Of a DNA stretch of 51,796 nucleotides, positions 36,054-46,500 are shown piece after piece (position 1 is the first letter of the stretch; every line of letters starts with the position of its first letter). Below the pieces are notes generated by a model, which saw only the letters and a list, made by a program, of their open reading frames with translations, was not told the DNA's origin and did no database searches. This DNA comes from a virus. The position numbers were made by a program, and so were the translations under genes. The stretch lies in IMG/VR virus record IMGVR_UViG_3300036945_001058; one strand, given 5' to 3'.

Positions 36054-36797
36054 ATGAAAAATTCAAAAATGGAATTAGTTAAAAAAACAATTTTCTTAAT
36101 GATTTGCGCATTTATTATGTCGCTATCTATGAACGCTCAAGAACAACCAAGACCGAAAAACAATTTTAGTGTCGGTGGTGGCTTTTCTGCCCCTTTGGTA
36201 ACATCGGATAATGTATCTGGGAATTATTCAAGCAATGGGTCTAATTTCTCTGTTAATTATAGCAGGGAGATTTTCTCAAAAAATAAAAGCTATTGGACTG
36301 TTGGCTTAAAATACATAAATACGTCAAGTCCTTACGCTATGTTGAATTACGATTTGACATCAATGAATTTAAGTAGTCCAAGTTCGTTGGGCGAATGGGA
36401 TGGAACTGTTGACGATTTTAAAATGTCAGCATATCTTGTAGGATTAAATTACAACAATTACATCTCTAAAAATAAAAAATTAAGTTCTTTTTTAAACATA
36501 AATATAGGTAGTGCTTCTTTAACTTCTCCAAGTCAGAAATTTAGTTCTAGCAAAGGTTATTTTATAGAAGTAAAAGAAGTAAAAAACAATAACATTACCT
36601 ATTCCACAAGCGCAGGATTTTCATATAATTTAGTTAAAAACTTAGCTTTATCAGTCGAAGTAGAATATTTAAAATCTTCATTTTATTTTGAAAATCAAGA
36701 ATTAGTTTTTAGCGGTGGTGGTTCTGAAAAGGTAGACCCTTATACTATAAGTTATTCTGCCTTAAATTTTAACGCAGGAGTTGTTCTCAAGTTGTAA
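36054..36797 (+). CDS. Outer-membrane beta-barrel protein
   Basis: Signal peptide ...SMNA-Q; alternating amphipathic strands; C-terminal strand FNAGVVLKL. Confidence 0.8.
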   Translation: MKNSKMELVKKTIFLMICAFIMSLSMNAQEQPRPKNNFSVGGGFSAPLVTSDNVSGNYSSNGSNFSVNYSREIFSKNKSYWTVGLKYINTSSPYAMLNYDLTSMNLSSPSSLGEWDGTVDDFKMSAYLVGLNYNNYISKNKKLSSFLNINIGSASLTSPSQKFSSSKGYFIEVKEVKNNNITYSTSAGFSYNLVKNLALSVEVEYLKSSFYFENQELVFSGGGSEKVDPYTISYSALNFNAGVVLKL

Positions 36798-36813
36798 AAC
36801 AAAATAGTTCTAT

Positions 36814-36851
36814 AAAAAAAAAACCACTCTTTTTTAGAGTGGTTTTTTTTT
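36814..36851. terminator. Bidirectional rho-independent terminator
   Basis: A-run-CCACTCT-TTTTT-AGAGTGG-T-run between convergent genes. Confidence 0.85.
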
Positions 36852-36858
36852 AGTTAGA

Positions 36859-36987
36859 TTACACTTTTTTAAATACTCCAACTTTCCAAGCGATAGCAAC
36901 AATCCCTATGATAATTAACGTATTATGTACGTTATTTCCTAGCAACCAGTTTGGACTGGAGATGTCTAATACTCCTTTTGTGTTCAT
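36859..36987 (-). CDS. 42-aa membrane peptide (only supported minus-strand gene; not in the ORF track)
   Basis: MNTKGVLDISSPNWLLGNNVHNTLIIIGIVAIAWKVGVFKKV; own promoter and terminator. Confidence 0.65.
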   Translation of the reverse strand: MNTKGVLDISSPNWLLGNNVHNTLIIIGIVAIAWKVGVFKKV

Positions 36988-37018
36988 AGTTTTTAATTTT
37001 AAAAAATAATAATTAAAA

Positions 37019-37050
37019 CAAATGTAATTAAATATTTTTACATTTACAAA
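37019..37050 (-). promoter_or_regulatory. Bacteroidota promoter for the minus-strand peptide
   Basis: Minus strand TTTG-N20-TACATTTG. Confidence 0.65.
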
Positions 37051-37059
37051 TTATTTTAC

Positions 37060-38287
37060 GATGCCCTCGTGAAAGAAAGCCCCTTACACTTGGGTCTTTA
37101 GACAGGGAATGAATTTCACTTATTAAAAGAGACCAAAAAAAACTATATTTACGATATGAAAACATATAAATATAAATTGAAGTTAACCAAAGACCAATCC
37201 AACAGGGTTGATTCTTGGATTGGTGCATCAAGATATGTTTATAATTTAGCATTAGAAACAAAGATTGAGGCTTATAAGCAAAGAAAAATATCTTTGAGTA
37301 AGTTTGATTTAATGAAGCAATTAATTGATTTAAAAGACGTAGAATGGATAAAAGATGTTCCAAGTCAGTCTTTACAAAATGTAATTGAGAGAATGGATTT
37401 AGCATATCAGTCTTTTTTTAAAGGAGGGGGTTTTCCTAAATGGGCTAAACGTAATGAATACAGGTCAATTTTATTAAAATCAGTAAAACAAACCGAAAAA
37501 GGATTCACGCTTCCTAAATTGGGATTTGTGAATATTTTTAAAGACAGAATGCCAAGCGGAGCATTAAAAACTGCCACAATAATAAAAGAAAATAATTCAT
37601 ATTATTTATCAGTAACTTTTGAGTCTATTTCAGAAAATTTCTATCCTACAAACGAGAGCCAAGTGGTAGGTATAGATATGGGAATATCCTATTTTTTGGT
37701 AGATTCAAATGGTTGCTTTGTCGAAAACCCAAGACACACAATAACGTATCAAAAAAGATTAAGAGTAAAAAATCGTTCACTTGCAAGAAAGAAGTTAGGA
37801 AGTAATTCACGTTCTAAAATAAAAACAGAACTCTCCAAATTGCATCTTAAAATTAAAAACACAAGAAATGATTTCACTCATAAAATATCAATTCAGTATG
37901 TTAAAGAAAATTCATTAATTGTAGTTGAAGATTTAAAAGTTAAGAATATGATTAAATTTAGTCATTTATCAAAGCATATTGCCGATGTTAGCTGGTCTGA
38001 TTTTTTTAATAAACTTGAGTATAAATCTAAAATGTATGAAAAAGCTTTTGTCAAAATAAACCCAAAATACACATCTCAAAAATGTAATTCTTGTGGTCAT
38101 ACAGCAAAAGAAAATCGTTTAAATCAATCTAAATTCGAGTGTGTCAATTGTGGTCATAAAGACAATGCTGATGCTAATGCGAGTAAAAATATATTAGCGG
38201 AGGGCATCCGCTTAACACGCCAACGTGATACAATAGTATGTGCGTAGTGTTTAGAACCTCGTTTCATTTATGGACGAGAGTATGTCA
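37060..38287 (+). mobile_element. TnpB-only IS200/IS605-superfamily (IS1341-like) element, copy 1
   Basis: Matches 42052-43279 (offset 4992); preceded by TTAC; left-end hairpin GTGAAA...TTTCAC; ends ...GTATGTCA(GT). Confidence 0.9.
37156..38247 (+). CDS. tnpB: TnpB RNA-guided endonuclease
   Basis: N-terminal HTH, RuvC-I GIDMG, RuvC-II VEDL, CNSC/CVNC zinc finger, RuvC-III DANASKNI. Confidence 0.95.
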   Translation: MKTYKYKLKLTKDQSNRVDSWIGASRYVYNLALETKIEAYKQRKISLSKFDLMKQLIDLKDVEWIKDVPSQSLQNVIERMDLAYQSFFKGGGFPKWAKRNEYRSILLKSVKQTEKGFTLPKLGFVNIFKDRMPSGALKTATIIKENNSYYLSVTFESISENFYPTNESQVVGIDMGISYFLVDSNGCFVENPRHTITYQKRLRVKNRSLARKKLGSNSRSKIKTELSKLHLKIKNTRNDFTHKISIQYVKENSLIVVEDLKVKNMIKFSHLSKHIADVSWSDFFNKLEYKSKMYEKAFVKINPKYTSQKCNSCGHTAKENRLNQSKFECVNCGHKDNADANASKNILAEGIRLTRQRDTIVCA

Positions 38288-38305
38288 GTAAATAAGTAAT
38301 AATAC
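38190..38305 (+). ncRNA. Predicted omega/reRNA of copy 1 (scaffold overlaps tnpB 3' end; guide from flank)
   Basis: Established TnpB architecture; boundaries approximate. Confidence 0.5.
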
Positions 38306-38418
38306 TAAATTCAACAATAAAAAAAATATTAAACGAATATCTAATATTTATATTCTAAATAATAATATTTTGTCAATCCGTTTATTATTAATAATTTTGA
38401 TAAATAATTTTTAAAAAT

Positions 38419-39366
38419 ATGAAAAACAAAGGTATAGACTATTCTGACTACTACAAAGACGGAGGTAACATTGATAATTCAATTCCTTTAAAAATACGAA
38501 AACATATTTACGATTCTGACGGAGAAAGAAGAATTGACCCAAAAGCAATTGATGTTTTAACAAACTATGCGGAAAATTTACCCCAAACGAAAGACCTAAA
38601 CACAAGTAAGTCAACAGGTAAATATTATCCAGAAAGACAAGAACTGCACCAAAAAATAATGGATTCTTTTAAGAAAGACTTGATTTGTATTCAAAATGAC
38701 GAACCAATCGCTATTCTTATGGGTGGCTCTCCTGCAAGTGGTAAAAGCACTTTTTTAAGAAAATATGCTCCATATTTGTTAAAGGAAGAAATTTTAAAAG
38801 TAGACGCTGACGAGATTAGAGCTAAACTACCTGAATACAAAGGTTGGAACGCTACATCTACGCATCAAGAAACAAAAGATATTGTCAATACTCTTTTGAG
38901 TGATAGGACTATTGGTATTCCTTGTAAATACGATATTATTTATGATGGAACTATGAATAGTACTAAAGGGTACTTGCCTTTAATTGCTCTTTTAAAGGGA
39001 TTAGGTTACAAAATATTTATTGTTTACATAGACAAAGTAGAGGAAGAGGTTGTTAAGAAACGTGCTTTAGAAAGATATAAAAAAAGTGGACGATTTGTTC
39101 CTATGGCTGTAATAGACGATTTCTTTACAAGAGGTAAGAGCGCACTTAACGAATTAAAAAGCAAAGCGGACGGATATATGGTTGTTGATGGTTCGGGTGG
39201 GGATTATAATGTTATTGAAAGAGGTGGAATGAAGTTGCCTAAACGCCGTGCTTACTCAAAATTAGGAGTTCCTATTGCTCAATTGGAAAAAGAAAGTAAA
39301 ATGGAAAAAGGTGGCGTTACTAAAGTAGGTACTCCTGACTATTTAAAAATGTTTTTAGGAAAATAA
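38419..39366 (+). CDS. Zeta-toxin-like P-loop kinase with shared C-terminal tag
   Basis: GGSPASGKS, VDADEIR, YDGT, RALERYKKSGRFVP; ends MEKGG...PDYLKMFLGK. Confidence 0.8.
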   Translation: MKNKGIDYSDYYKDGGNIDNSIPLKIRKHIYDSDGERRIDPKAIDVLTNYAENLPQTKDLNTSKSTGKYYPERQELHQKIMDSFKKDLICIQNDEPIAILMGGSPASGKSTFLRKYAPYLLKEEILKVDADEIRAKLPEYKGWNATSTHQETKDIVNTLLSDRTIGIPCKYDIIYDGTMNSTKGYLPLIALLKGLGYKIFIVYIDKVEEEVVKKRALERYKKSGRFVPMAVIDDFFTRGKSALNELKSKADGYMVVDGSGGDYNVIERGGMKLPKRRAYSKLGVPIAQLEKESKMEKGGVTKVGTPDYLKMFLGK

Positions 39367-39369
39367 GAA

Positions 39370-39930
39370 ATGAGTAAAATTTTATTAGCACCTAACGGGA
39401 AGCCAAGCAATCTAACACCCGAACAATACAAATTAGCAAGAAGTAAGGCTTTTATTAATTGGTTTGGGGATTGGATTAATGACCCTTCTAATGCAAGTAA
39501 AGTTGTTGATGATAACGCAGAGCCAATGGTTGTACACCATACTACCTCTAAAGATTTTTATGTTTTTGACAAAAAGAAATCTAAGGAAGGGTTTTTCTTT
39601 GCTCCAAATAAAGGAAGATTAAGCGTTTATGGTAAAGCAAAAATTGATTCATATTTTTTAAAAATTATAAACCCATCACACGAAATGTTTAAGTCAGATT
39701 TAAAATACCTTAAATCAAAAGGTTATGATGGAATAATGGACTACGGACACGCTAAACATTTAGGTAATAAAAACTTATATGAAATAATTGCTTTTGAACC
39801 AAATCAAATTAAACTTTCTGACGGAACAAATACAGAATTTAACCCAAAAAACAACGATGTTAGATTTGAGTTAGGGGGGGCTACAAAAACCAATATACCC
39901 GACTATTTAAGAATGTTTATAGGAAAATAA
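39370..39930 (+). CDS. ART-PolyVal-like ADP-ribosyltransferase-fold protein, paralogue 1
   Basis: FINWFGDW..SKVVD..P.VVHHT, GFFF, FLKIINP, GYDGI, EIIAFEPNQIK. Confidence 0.7.
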   Translation: MSKILLAPNGKPSNLTPEQYKLARSKAFINWFGDWINDPSNASKVVDDNAEPMVVHHTTSKDFYVFDKKKSKEGFFFAPNKGRLSVYGKAKIDSYFLKIINPSHEMFKSDLKYLKSKGYDGIMDYGHAKHLGNKNLYEIIAFEPNQIKLSDGTNTEFNPKNNDVRFELGGATKTNIPDYLRMFIGK

Positions 39931-39934
39931 GAAT

Positions 39935-40846
39935 ATGAAAAATGAGTTGTTAGCACCTAATGGGAAGCCAAGTAATTTAAATTCCGAACAATACAAATTA
40001 GTAAGAAGTAAATCTTTTATCAATTGGTTTGGGGATTGGATTAATGACCCTTCTAATGCAAGTAAAATTGTTGACGAGAATGGAGAACCACAAATTTGTT
40101 ATCACGGAACTAATTCTGACTTTGACAACTTTAGCGAAGAAGCGGAAAGAAAAGGTTATAGTAGAAATGGGTTCTTCTTTACTCCAAATTTTATTCAAGC
40201 TGAAAGCTATACTTTTAGGGGTTTTTCAAACCTAGAAAACATTAAAAATGGTAATGGTTACGAATTAAATGCAAATATTATACCTGTTTTTTTAAGGTTA
40301 AAAAAACCGTTAATTGTAGATGCTAAAAAAAACTCTTTTAGAGATATTGGTGCGGAAAAATACACTTATAGTAAGGATTTTGAAACCAATCCAAAAGACT
40401 TGAAAGTGCAATTCATTGATTGGGACGGACTATGGTACGTGAGAGACAGTAAATTAGGAGGGACTCATTTTAAGTTTAAAACCGAAAAAGAAGCCAAAGA
40501 AAAGGTTTTGGAATTAAAAAAAGGAAAAAGAAATATTCCTATCACACTTGAATTTACAAATACAAGAAATGGAAAGCACTTAAATGAATATATATATGAT
40601 TTAATGCAGTTAGATAATGATGGTGCTGTTTTTTTAAATATAGTCGATTTTGGCTCTGCAATTAATGAGGCTTATGGAACTTCTGAAATAGGGGAAACAA
40701 TATGGGTTAAAAATGCTAATCAAATAAAATCTGCTATTGGAAACAATGGAGATTATAATATTAACAACAATAATATTAGCTTTAATTACGGTGGTATGAC
40801 CGAAAACACAACGCCCGACTATCTAAGAATGTTTTTAGGAAAATAA
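39935..40846 (+). CDS. ART-PolyVal-like protein, paralogue 2
   Basis: SKIVDENGEP..YHGT, GFFFT...AESY, PVFLRLKKP, DGAVF, NQIKS. Confidence 0.72.
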   Translation: MKNELLAPNGKPSNLNSEQYKLVRSKSFINWFGDWINDPSNASKIVDENGEPQICYHGTNSDFDNFSEEAERKGYSRNGFFFTPNFIQAESYTFRGFSNLENIKNGNGYELNANIIPVFLRLKKPLIVDAKKNSFRDIGAEKYTYSKDFETNPKDLKVQFIDWDGLWYVRDSKLGGTHFKFKTEKEAKEKVLELKKGKRNIPITLEFTNTRNGKHLNEYIYDLMQLDNDGAVFLNIVDFGSAINEAYGTSEIGETIWVKNANQIKSAIGNNGDYNINNNNISFNYGGMTENTTPDYLRMFLGK

Positions 40847-40850
40847 GAAT

Positions 40851-42008
40851 ATGAAAAACAAGTTATTAGCACCTAATGGGAAACCAACTAATCTAACGCC
40901 CGAACAATACAAATTAGTAAGAAGTAAATCTTTTATCAATTGGTTTGGAAATTGGGAAAAAGACCCTGCTAATGCAAGTAAAGTTGTTGACGAGAATGGA
41001 GAACCGCAAATTTGTTATCACGGAACGTTTTCTGAAAGTCTAAATGTTTTTGACGAAAGCAATATTGGAAAGAATACTGGGAACGAGGGGCATTATGGAT
41101 ATGGTTTTTATTTTTCATATTCAAAAATTGAAGCGTCAACTTACACTTACGCTACAAACCCGATTGTTTTGGAGTGTTTTCTAAATATTAGAAATCCATT
41201 CTTATCAAGTAATATTGACCATTTGGAAAGGTATTCTAAGGAATATGGTTATTACGAAGAAAAAAAGCCTGTTGCGATTGATTCTGATTGGTTAGAAGCT
41301 CAACTTAAAAGACGTAAAGACCAGAAGCCTTATTTTTTGTATAAAAGCATTAAAGAAAACGGATATGAAAAAGGGTGGAAGTTGTTTTTAGAAAAAAACA
41401 ATATTGATTGGGACAAAGAAACTTTTGATTATAATAGAATTAATGATTGGGCTGAATATGATAGTTCCAAAGAGGAATTCTCAAAAGAAAATGAATTTGA
41501 AAATAATAATGATGAAATACCAGAACATATTCTGGAAGACATATCGGAGCAATTAAAAATACCTGTGTCTAAAATAAAAACCATAAAGCAGTACACGACA
41601 GGAAACTACCCAAGACTTCTTTATATGATGGATTTAGGCAACAGGTCAAGGAGTTTGACAGACGAGATTAAACAAGACGGTTTTGATGGTATAATAGCAG
41701 GAAGTGAGATAGTTCTTTTCAAGTCTAATCAAATTAAACTAGCTAACGGAAAAAATGTTACCTTTGATTCACGTAATGATGATATTAGATTTGAAAAAGG
41801 AGGAGAAATGACTAAAGATATAAGATGTGTCTATTGCGGTTGGGAATGGAATAGAAAAGATTCTGAATTATGGGATATGTACGTTTGTCATAAATGCGGA
41901 TTTGATAATACAACGTTTTACACTTCAATTCCTGTTAATGCTTTCGGAAAAGGTGGCGAAACGAAAATAAAAAGCCCTGATTATTTAAAAATGTTTCTAG
42001 GGAAATAG
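40851..42008 (+). CDS. ART-PolyVal-like protein, paralogue 3, with C-terminal zinc ribbon
   Basis: YHGT, GFYFS...ASTY, FLNIRNP, GFDGII..EIVLF..NQIK; CVYC...CHKC. Confidence 0.72.
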   Translation: MKNKLLAPNGKPTNLTPEQYKLVRSKSFINWFGNWEKDPANASKVVDENGEPQICYHGTFSESLNVFDESNIGKNTGNEGHYGYGFYFSYSKIEASTYTYATNPIVLECFLNIRNPFLSSNIDHLERYSKEYGYYEEKKPVAIDSDWLEAQLKRRKDQKPYFLYKSIKENGYEKGWKLFLEKNNIDWDKETFDYNRINDWAEYDSSKEEFSKENEFENNNDEIPEHILEDISEQLKIPVSKIKTIKQYTTGNYPRLLYMMDLGNRSRSLTDEIKQDGFDGIIAGSEIVLFKSNQIKLANGKNVTFDSRNDDIRFEKGGEMTKDIRCVYCGWEWNRKDSELWDMYVCHKCGFDNTTFYTSIPVNAFGKGGETKIKSPDYLKMFLGK

Positions 42009-42051
42009 TACTATGGAAGCAATAGAAGTTTGGAAAGATATTAAAGGTTAC

Positions 42052-43279
42052 GATGCCCTCGTGAAAGAAAGCCCCTTACACTTGGGTCTTTAGACAGGGA
42101 ATGAATTTCACTTATTAAAAGAGACCAAAAAAAACTATATTTACGATATGAAAACATATAAATATAAATTGAAGTTAACCAAAGACCAATCCAACAGGGT
42201 TGATTCTTGGATTGGTGCATCAAGATATGTTTATAATTTAGCATTAGAAACAAAGATTGAGGCTTATAAGCAAAGAAAAATATCTTTGAGTAAGTTTGAT
42301 TTAATGAAGCAATTAATTGATTTAAAAGACGTAGAATGGATAAAAGATGTTCCAAGTCAGTCTTTACAAAATGTAATTGAGAGAATGGATTTAGCATATC
42401 AGTCTTTTTTTAAAGGAGGGGGTTTTCCTAAATGGGCTAAACGTAATGAATACAGGTCAATTTTATTAAAATCAGTAAAACAAACCGAAAAAGGATTCAC
42501 GCTTCCTAAATTGGGATTTGTGAATATTTTTAAAGACAGAATGCCAAGCGGAGCATTAAAAACTGCCACAATAATAAAAGAAAATAATTCATATTATTTA
42601 TCAGTAACTTTTGAGTCTATTTCAGAAAATTTCTATCCTACAAACGAGAGCCAAGTGGTAGGTATAGATATGGGAATATCCTATTTTTTGGTAGATTCAA
42701 ATGGTTGCTTTGTCGAAAACCCAAGACACACAATAACGTATCAAAAAAGATTAAGAGTAAAAAATCGTTCACTTGCAAGAAAGAAGTTAGGAAGTAATTC
42801 ACGTTCTAAAATAAAAACAGAACTCTCCAAATTGCATCTTAAAATTAAAAACACAAGAAATGATTTCACTCATAAAATATCAATTCAGTATGTTAAAGAA
42901 AATTCATTAATTGTAGTTGAAGATTTAAAAGTTAAGAATATGATTAAATTTAGTCATTTATCAAAGCATATTGCCGATGTTAGCTGGTCTGATTTTTTTA
43001 ATAAACTTGAGTATAAATCTAAAATGTATGAAAAAGCTTTTGTCAAAATAAACCCAAAATACACATCTCAAAAATGTAATTCTTGTGGTCATACAGCAAA
43101 AGAAAATCGTTTAAATCAATCTAAATTCGAGTGTGTCAATTGTGGTCATAAAGACAATGCTGATGCTAATGCGAGTAAAAATATATTAGCGGAGGGCATC
43201 CGCTTAACACGCCAACGTGATACAATAGTATGTGCGTAGTGTTTAGAACCTCGTTTCATTTATGGACGAGAGTATGTCA
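42052..43279 (+). mobile_element. TnpB-only IS element, copy 2
   Basis: Same ends and identical TnpB protein as copy 1; also preceded by TTAC. Confidence 0.9.
42148..43239 (+). CDS. tnpB: TnpB RNA-guided endonuclease
   Basis: Identical protein to 37156-38247. Confidence 0.95.
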   Translation: MKTYKYKLKLTKDQSNRVDSWIGASRYVYNLALETKIEAYKQRKISLSKFDLMKQLIDLKDVEWIKDVPSQSLQNVIERMDLAYQSFFKGGGFPKWAKRNEYRSILLKSVKQTEKGFTLPKLGFVNIFKDRMPSGALKTATIIKENNSYYLSVTFESISENFYPTNESQVVGIDMGISYFLVDSNGCFVENPRHTITYQKRLRVKNRSLARKKLGSNSRSKIKTELSKLHLKIKNTRNDFTHKISIQYVKENSLIVVEDLKVKNMIKFSHLSKHIADVSWSDFFNKLEYKSKMYEKAFVKINPKYTSQKCNSCGHTAKENRLNQSKFECVNCGHKDNADANASKNILAEGIRLTRQRDTIVCA

Positions 43280-43500
43280 GTGGTTCTGAAAATGTAATTC
43301 ACGCTTTAAAAAACAACCTTAAAATTTCAATAAAAGGTGCGGAACATACAAACTCAAAACTCACAGAAAAAGAAGTTTTAGAAATAAGAGCAATTGGAAG
43401 AACGAAAACATTAAAAGAAGTTGCTAAAATATATAATGTAGATACGTCATTAATTAGTCTTATTCTATTAGAAAAGGCTTGGAAACATTTATTATAAAAA

Positions 43501-46500
43501 ATGAAACAAAAAGAAGAATTTATTACAGAAGAAAAAGTAATTAACACACCCGCAGGAGGAGTTTTAATTGGTAAAGATAAAGAAGGGCAAACAATAATTC
43601 CTAACGATGGTTCTTTGGGCGGATTTCTTATTGGAAGATTGCATAAAGACGGAGGAATTAAAGCTATAAACAAAGGGACTGGACAGCCTCTTGAGATGCA
43701 ATCGAATGAAATTGTTATTACAGCTCCAGCAGTTGCTGATACAACAAAACATAATTTCAATGGTCAAATGATGACTAATCGTGAGATACTTTCTAAAATA
43801 AATTCTGACGGTGGCGGAGTTTCTTTTGCTGATGGTGGCGACATACCTGCTAAGATACACACGACTGATAAAGAATACGAGTACGGTGGCAAAATGGTTC
43901 ACGATTCGGACATAGCTAATTCTTTGGGTATGAATTCTACTTTGAAAAAAGGTAAGCAACACTTTTCTTCGGGCGGTAAGAATTATGACGTGGATGCTAT
44001 TTACAATGCTATTAAAAAAGGCAAAATTAAATATAAAACAAAAGAAGTTCCAACTTTTGCTATGAAGTACCCTGTGTATGATAAGCAATATAGCGAAACA
44101 GTTAAAACTGATTTCAGAAAGCCAAACGGTATTACTGTTCGCACAGAAAATGGCGAAGAGGTTTTGATTGACGGTAATCATAGAATGAACAATGCCTACT
44201 TAAAAGGCAAAAAAACTATGAAAACTTATTACATCGAAGACCCAAAGCAAATAGCAAAGTTTACTAAAAATAGTAAGTTTGAAATAGCTTTTGAAAACGG
44301 CGGTAAATTTGATGCAAACCCTTTCTTAAATTATTATTTTGAAGATATTAAAGATTTTTTTAAATATCAAAACAACATAGTTTTAAAAACTGATTTTACT
44401 TTTTTCTATAGGGGAGAAAATTTCACAATAGAACCTATAATATTGTTTGAAGACCAAAAGGAAGAGTCTGTGCAGACAGCTATTTTTACAATAATAGACC
44501 AAGACGATGAAGAGGTAGGAGAAATAAAATTTGATGCCAATTCAAAAGAAAAGAAAAAATTTGAAGCCTATTCAGATTTCTTTGAATGGAGTCCAATTAG
44601 GTTTGAAGGTGGGGGTAATTTAAAATCCCAACATAACCACAGTGATAATCTTGCTAAAGATGCTGAAAAAGGGAATACGCCAGCGAGAGATTTGAACAAT
44701 TACAATGATTTATTAGATGTTCAAGCTGACGGTGCAGTAGGTGGAGATAGTGGTATTTATGCAGATGGCGGAGCTGTAGCGTTGCCTAAAGTTGCTTATG
44801 TTAAAATAAGTAACGCAGGGACTTCTTTGTTTGATTTAATAGGAAGTAAATATTATAGTTTTAAAGAGTTTGCTCAAGGTATAAAACAAGCTTATGTAGC
44901 TTTGAATAAAACAGTTAGAAGTTATTTAGTATTAGAATCGTTTGATGAAAATGACAAAAAATTAAGCAATACAAGCACTTATCTTTCAAACCAAAAAAAC
45001 ACGGTTAAAAATTTTAATCCACTAACAGGTAGTTATAAAAATTTAGAAAAATCTTTAAGTAATTCAAATCCGAGAGCTTTTAAAAAAGAAGATTGGCAAG
45101 ATTGGTTTCTTTCAAAAGTAACACAACCTACTGTTAGTTCTACTTCTTCAAATTTGCCGTTAGATTTATCTAACACAAAGGTTTGGATTGGGGATAACAA
45201 AACACTTTCAAAGGAAATTCAAGAGGTGGCTTTTGAAATGGGTTGGACTTGGGCTGGATGTAAAACTGTAAAAAACACACATGGGGATTCTTTATATTTT
45301 GACAAAATAAAATCAATAACTTATAATATTAATGACAGAAAGTACTTTGATGAAAGTGACAAAAAAGAAATAAATCCTCAAGATATTTTGTTGGCGAAAA
45401 AGCCAGTTATAACAACAACCTCTAATGCTTCAACTTCAGTTAAACCATTTGATTTTACCGATACTAAAATAGATGTATCTAACAATTCTGAATTATCATT
45501 AAAAGTTCAGAAAAGAGCGTTTGAGCTTGGTTGGGAATGGGAAAGTGGGGGTGGTAAAACACTTTCTTATAATCCTATTAATTATCTGTATTTCACTAAG
45601 AAAAGTATATTAGATGGCTTTACATCAACTAGCTTTTTGAACAGTCCTAAAAGAGAAATAACAGAAGGAGATATATTTGGAAACGCTTCAGTATCTAATA
45701 AAGAAAATGTAGAAAGCGTTTTGGTTACTTTTGCAGGAGGTCAGCTTTATAATGCTTTGGATGAAGAACGACTTTTTGATAAAATAGTTGAATTATGGAA
45801 AACAGGAGGTAGGTCAAAAATGAGTATTATTTTAGCTCCTCAAGGTATATCTACGTCTTTGTCAGAGCCTTTTAATCTTGTTTTAGATACTATTAAAACG
45901 TCAAAATCTTCTATACAGCCTTCAACTCTTACAATTAAAGAGTTACGAGAGTATTTGTCAAAAGATTGGTATCCTGAACTTGAATGGTCTTCTTTTTTCA
46001 AAATACAGGTAACATCGACAACAACCTCTAAACATCCTGATTACTATCAATTTTCAGGTAAAAACAGTGTCTTTACAAATGGCAAGATTTATAAAATACA
46101 AAACCCAGAAGATATTGAAGAAAAGGGGAATTTTATAGATGATAACGGAGTTAAAAATGGGTTTGGCAGTAGGAATGTTAATTACTTTACGCCATCAACA
46201 GAAGAAGCGTTTTTAGCACAACAGTCAGGGGTGGCGACTTCTAAGGTCGATGATGGTAAAATAGAGAGTTTTCAAATAGAAAGCAAAGATGCCTCATTGT
46301 CTGGTTTTCAAGTCGATAATGTGTACCAGCTATTTAAATTGTTAGAAACTATAAAAAAATATAATTCGACAATATTATTTAAATACAAAACCACAAAAGG
46401 AAAACAGAAAAAATTTGGAGCTTATTTTAGAGAAGAATCTACGGATTATTACATTTTAAAACGAGCAGGTTTTAATATTCAATACCTTGAAGAGAAATTA

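Larger units (their letters stand above)
42013..43497 (+). pseudogene. NUMOD4-HNH homing endonuclease disrupted by the TnpB element
   Basis: 5' MEAIEVWKDIKGY (42013-42051); 3' SGSENVIHA...NSKLTEKEVLEIR...VAKIYNV...WKHLL (43279-43497). Confidence 0.8.

Noticed and set aside
39370-42008. Diversity-generating retroelement acting on the paralogues
   Set aside because: No reverse transcriptase and no template/variable repeat pair with adenine-specific differences.
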